64,000 nucleotides of DNA from assembly GCA_020891255.1 (NCBI GenBank), contig BQFW01000012.1, positions 1,922,001-1,986,000 of the forward strand. Reading direction: 5' to 3'. This stretch comes from Entomortierella parvispora E1425. Lineage: Eukaryota > Fungi > Mortierellomycota. Below the pieces are notes generated by a model. That model saw only the letters and a program-made list of their open reading frames with translations, searched no databases and was not told where the DNA came from. A program made the position numbers and the translations under genes. Positions 61,201 to 64,000 of this stretch are shown here, piece by piece; position 1 is the first letter of the stretch; each line of letters starts with the position of its first letter.

Positions 61201-62922
61201 GCAGAGTTGACACGATCTCTTACTTATCGCAAACGTGGATCCTTGCCCCCAGCAGCAGTAAAGTAGATCAATCTTTTTTTTGCATGCGCGCTGTTTCCTT
61301 TTTTGCATTTGACACGTTGATAAAATATCTAATAACTGCAAGAAAAAAAGAATATGGAAGACGTGGACGAGAGACTTCGAGGTGGAGATTATCCTGAACT
61401 CTCGCCGAGACGATGTTTCGAGTCCAAGCGCAGCAGCGGGTCCAACGCAGGTGCTGTGTTCCAACGGACCACTAAAAGCCCATGGTAGCGATGAAAAGGA
61501 GAAAAAAAAGGGGGGAGCCAGTTGTTTCCATTGCCTTCTGTTTGATACCCTCCAATGGAACCAACAGAGCCTTTCTTTGTTGACGCTGTTATTGTAGAAG
61601 AGGAGCAAGCTCGGGGAGGGACCGACGGGGCAAACGTGCGTTATCTTTTGTTTGTGGCATGACTTGATGCTATGTTGGCGTTGGTGATCGGCGAGAAAGG
61701 GAGGCAGGGGAGGGATGTTCTGGACAGTCCTGAGACTGAATTGTTGTTGGGCGCAAAGTCAAAGTGAACACAACAAGATGGAAGAAAAAAAACAATCGAA
61801 ATAGCGGCCCCGAGGTTTAAAAGGATGGACGAGATGAGGTGGCGCAAAAGGCAGGAACCAGGAAGAAAGTAAGAGAGGAACGAGGAAAAGGACAGACCAG
61901 ACATGCAAGTCCCACAACGTACATACACACACACACGCACAGTCGTTGGGTTAAAAATAGGTCAATTGGGCCTGCCTCCAGAGACAGAGATGGCGGGACA
62001 GCACAGAAAACGGCGGAAGAAAGAAAAGAGATGAAAGCCGTGACCGATGGTTGACTTCATCGATATGGGTGGGGCTTTGTCTCTGCTGTTGTCACGAACC
62101 GTTCCTTGCTGATCTGCCTTCTCTCTTCTTTCTCTTTCCTTCCTTCCTCATTCATCTTGCATCCATTGATCCATTCATTCGCTTCCATTCATTCATTCAT
62201 TCACTCCCTCGCTTACTTCACTTTCCCATTCAATCGCCTATTATTATTTTTGATCCCCTCGCTCTGCAATTGCTTCTTCCCCCCCTTCCGCCTCTCTTTC
62301 TCTCTGTCTCTCTCTCCCACTCACAAACATATACACACACCGCACTCCGTTTTTGCACTCAGTCGGTGGCGTGTCTTCCAAAAGCCAGGAACCACCTCTC
62401 GCCTTCCTTTGTTCTATCGATATCTCTTTACTCTACTCTGGGTCTACTGCTTCGAGAGGTAAGCTCAACTCCTGTCAGGTTACCTAGACATCTTCCTCAT
62501 CTGCTCTCAGATTTCTTGCCCCTACCACCCGCTCAACTTCAAACACACACAAAAAAAGGTCGTGCGGTGTGGTAGGGCGTGGGCACGGGCGTGGTGGAGT
62601 CGATCTTCCCGACACGCTGCCTCGTTTCATGATCCCACAACAGAGAGGCAGGACGGTGCGAGATCAATTCGCCTAAAGAGCGATTCGATCCCGCTGGGGG
62701 GGGGGGGTCCGGTCTATTCCTGCTGCACTTCGGTCTCCTGCACCGCTTGCTCGCTCCGTTGTTCTGTCGTGTGTCCCTAACCATGTAGCTCTTCTTTTCC
62801 AGCCTCTCCAGGAGACACCACCGCCACACCACACCAGTCAGGGCACCATTGAAACGCGTCCACCGTCCACTCCCAGCACCCGACAGCGAGCTCTTCGAGC
62901 ACAAAAAAAGAAACAAAAAATA

Positions 62923-63897
62923 ATGGCAGGGACCAGCAGGATCGGGCGTGCAGCAACGTTGAGCTTGCTATGCTCTTACGTACTTGTGTCACTTTCACTC
63001 CAATGCGTCAGAGGCGCCGCAAGTTCATGTCCGCCTTGCGACATTGTCGACTCGCTTCTTAAACCGTGCAATACTTCTCTTCAAATGGATACGTGGCCAG
63101 GCACGCTAGTCTACCAGTAAGGAAATGCCCCCGAGCATCGAAATTATGACGCCCTCGCACACTCAGTCGAGATGGGAACGACCCCAACCGTCGCAGCTTG
63201 ATGCAGTACAAAACTGATGACCATATATCCCAAGGGAAACAGCTATCTGACGAATTCTTTTCCCCTTTCACTTTCGCCTTTTCATTAGACCAACCCAAGC
63301 ACAGGCGCCATGTGGATGCAACCAAAACTACTATGATCAGGTCGCGTCTTGCATGAGCTGTCAATCGTCTAGTTCTGCACACTATTCTGTCAAGGCACAA
63401 CCCGATTACGAGTTGGTTTGCACGTCCTTCAACCAACCTTGGACGCAAATCAACATTCCAGGACAGACGACCAGCTCTGCTGCTACGGCTGCAACTTCAA
63501 CTCCAAAAACCACACACTCAACATCTCCCTCTCCTGGAGGGATGACTGGCGAGAAAAGCTCGCAGTCGAGTAATCTTTCCTCAGGCGCCCTGGCCGGCAT
63601 GTAAGTGCACTGTTCCCTTTTCCTCTCTAGATCAGGGACCTGAGCTAAATGATAGCGTAATAATGTACTCACTGCTCGTTCCCTGTTACTTTTTCTTGCA
63701 CTAGCATCGTATCCGCAATTGCGCTTGTTGTTGCGCTTTCGGTCGCCGCCTATGTCATTACCCGACGTAGGAGAGATAGCAGAAAGCAAAAGTACGACAC
63801 GCAGTACAAGTACAACGACCCCCACAATCGCGATTCATATGCGGAATCAGGACTCCCTCAATATACTGGCATCACCTCTGTTCAACCAATGTCGTAG
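62923..63897 (+). CDS. Small type-I membrane protein: signal peptide, Cys-rich ectodomain, Ser/Thr stalk, one TM; two introns
   Basis: Exon peptides CPPCDIVDSLLKPC, APCGCNQNYYDQVASCMSCQS, and GALAG|IIVSAIALVVALSVAAYVITRRRR. Confidence 0.75.
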
Positions 63898-64000
63898 GTG
63901 TCAAAGACTATCTTTCTTTGTTTATGTTTGTCGAGCCGGACCCCGTTTTGTTTGCTAATTCAAACCCTTCACCTTTTTCTCGGCCGTTTGTTATCTTTTT

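Overview
Intron-containing fungal genomic DNA. Gene content, intron style and microsatellite-rich spacers suggest Mortierellaceae (Mucoromycota); this is inference. Host genes from left to right: a secreted RlpA/expansin-like protein, FKS1 beta-1,3-glucan synthase, a GH72 (Gas/Gel) glucanosyltransferase, RPS27, a membrane-anchored hypothetical protein, a Ulp2-type SUMO protease, COG8, an APC amino-acid permease, TAF4, PHB2, SmB, a Ser-rich orphan, a PsuG-PsuK fusion, two inverted tRNA-Pro(AGG) genes, YIP3/PRA1, SET1, THOC3 and a small Cys-rich membrane protein. The standout is a precisely bounded 9.6-kb Mutator-like element (39598-49207; 50-bp TIRs, 9-bp poly-T TSD) inserted in the T-tract downstream of one tRNA-Pro. 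Its empty site can be rebuilt from the other arm of the inverted tRNA duplication. It carries a spliced Ulp1-protease/FAR1/DDE/SWIM/zinc-knuckle gene, a central array of about 11.3 x 281-bp repeats, and two unrecognised Cys/His-motif ORFs, an architecture reminiscent of plant VANDAL elements. Also noted: a candidate structured ncRNA between TAF4 and PHB2, and hairpins at splice signals. All exon structures were read by eye and are not transcript-validated.
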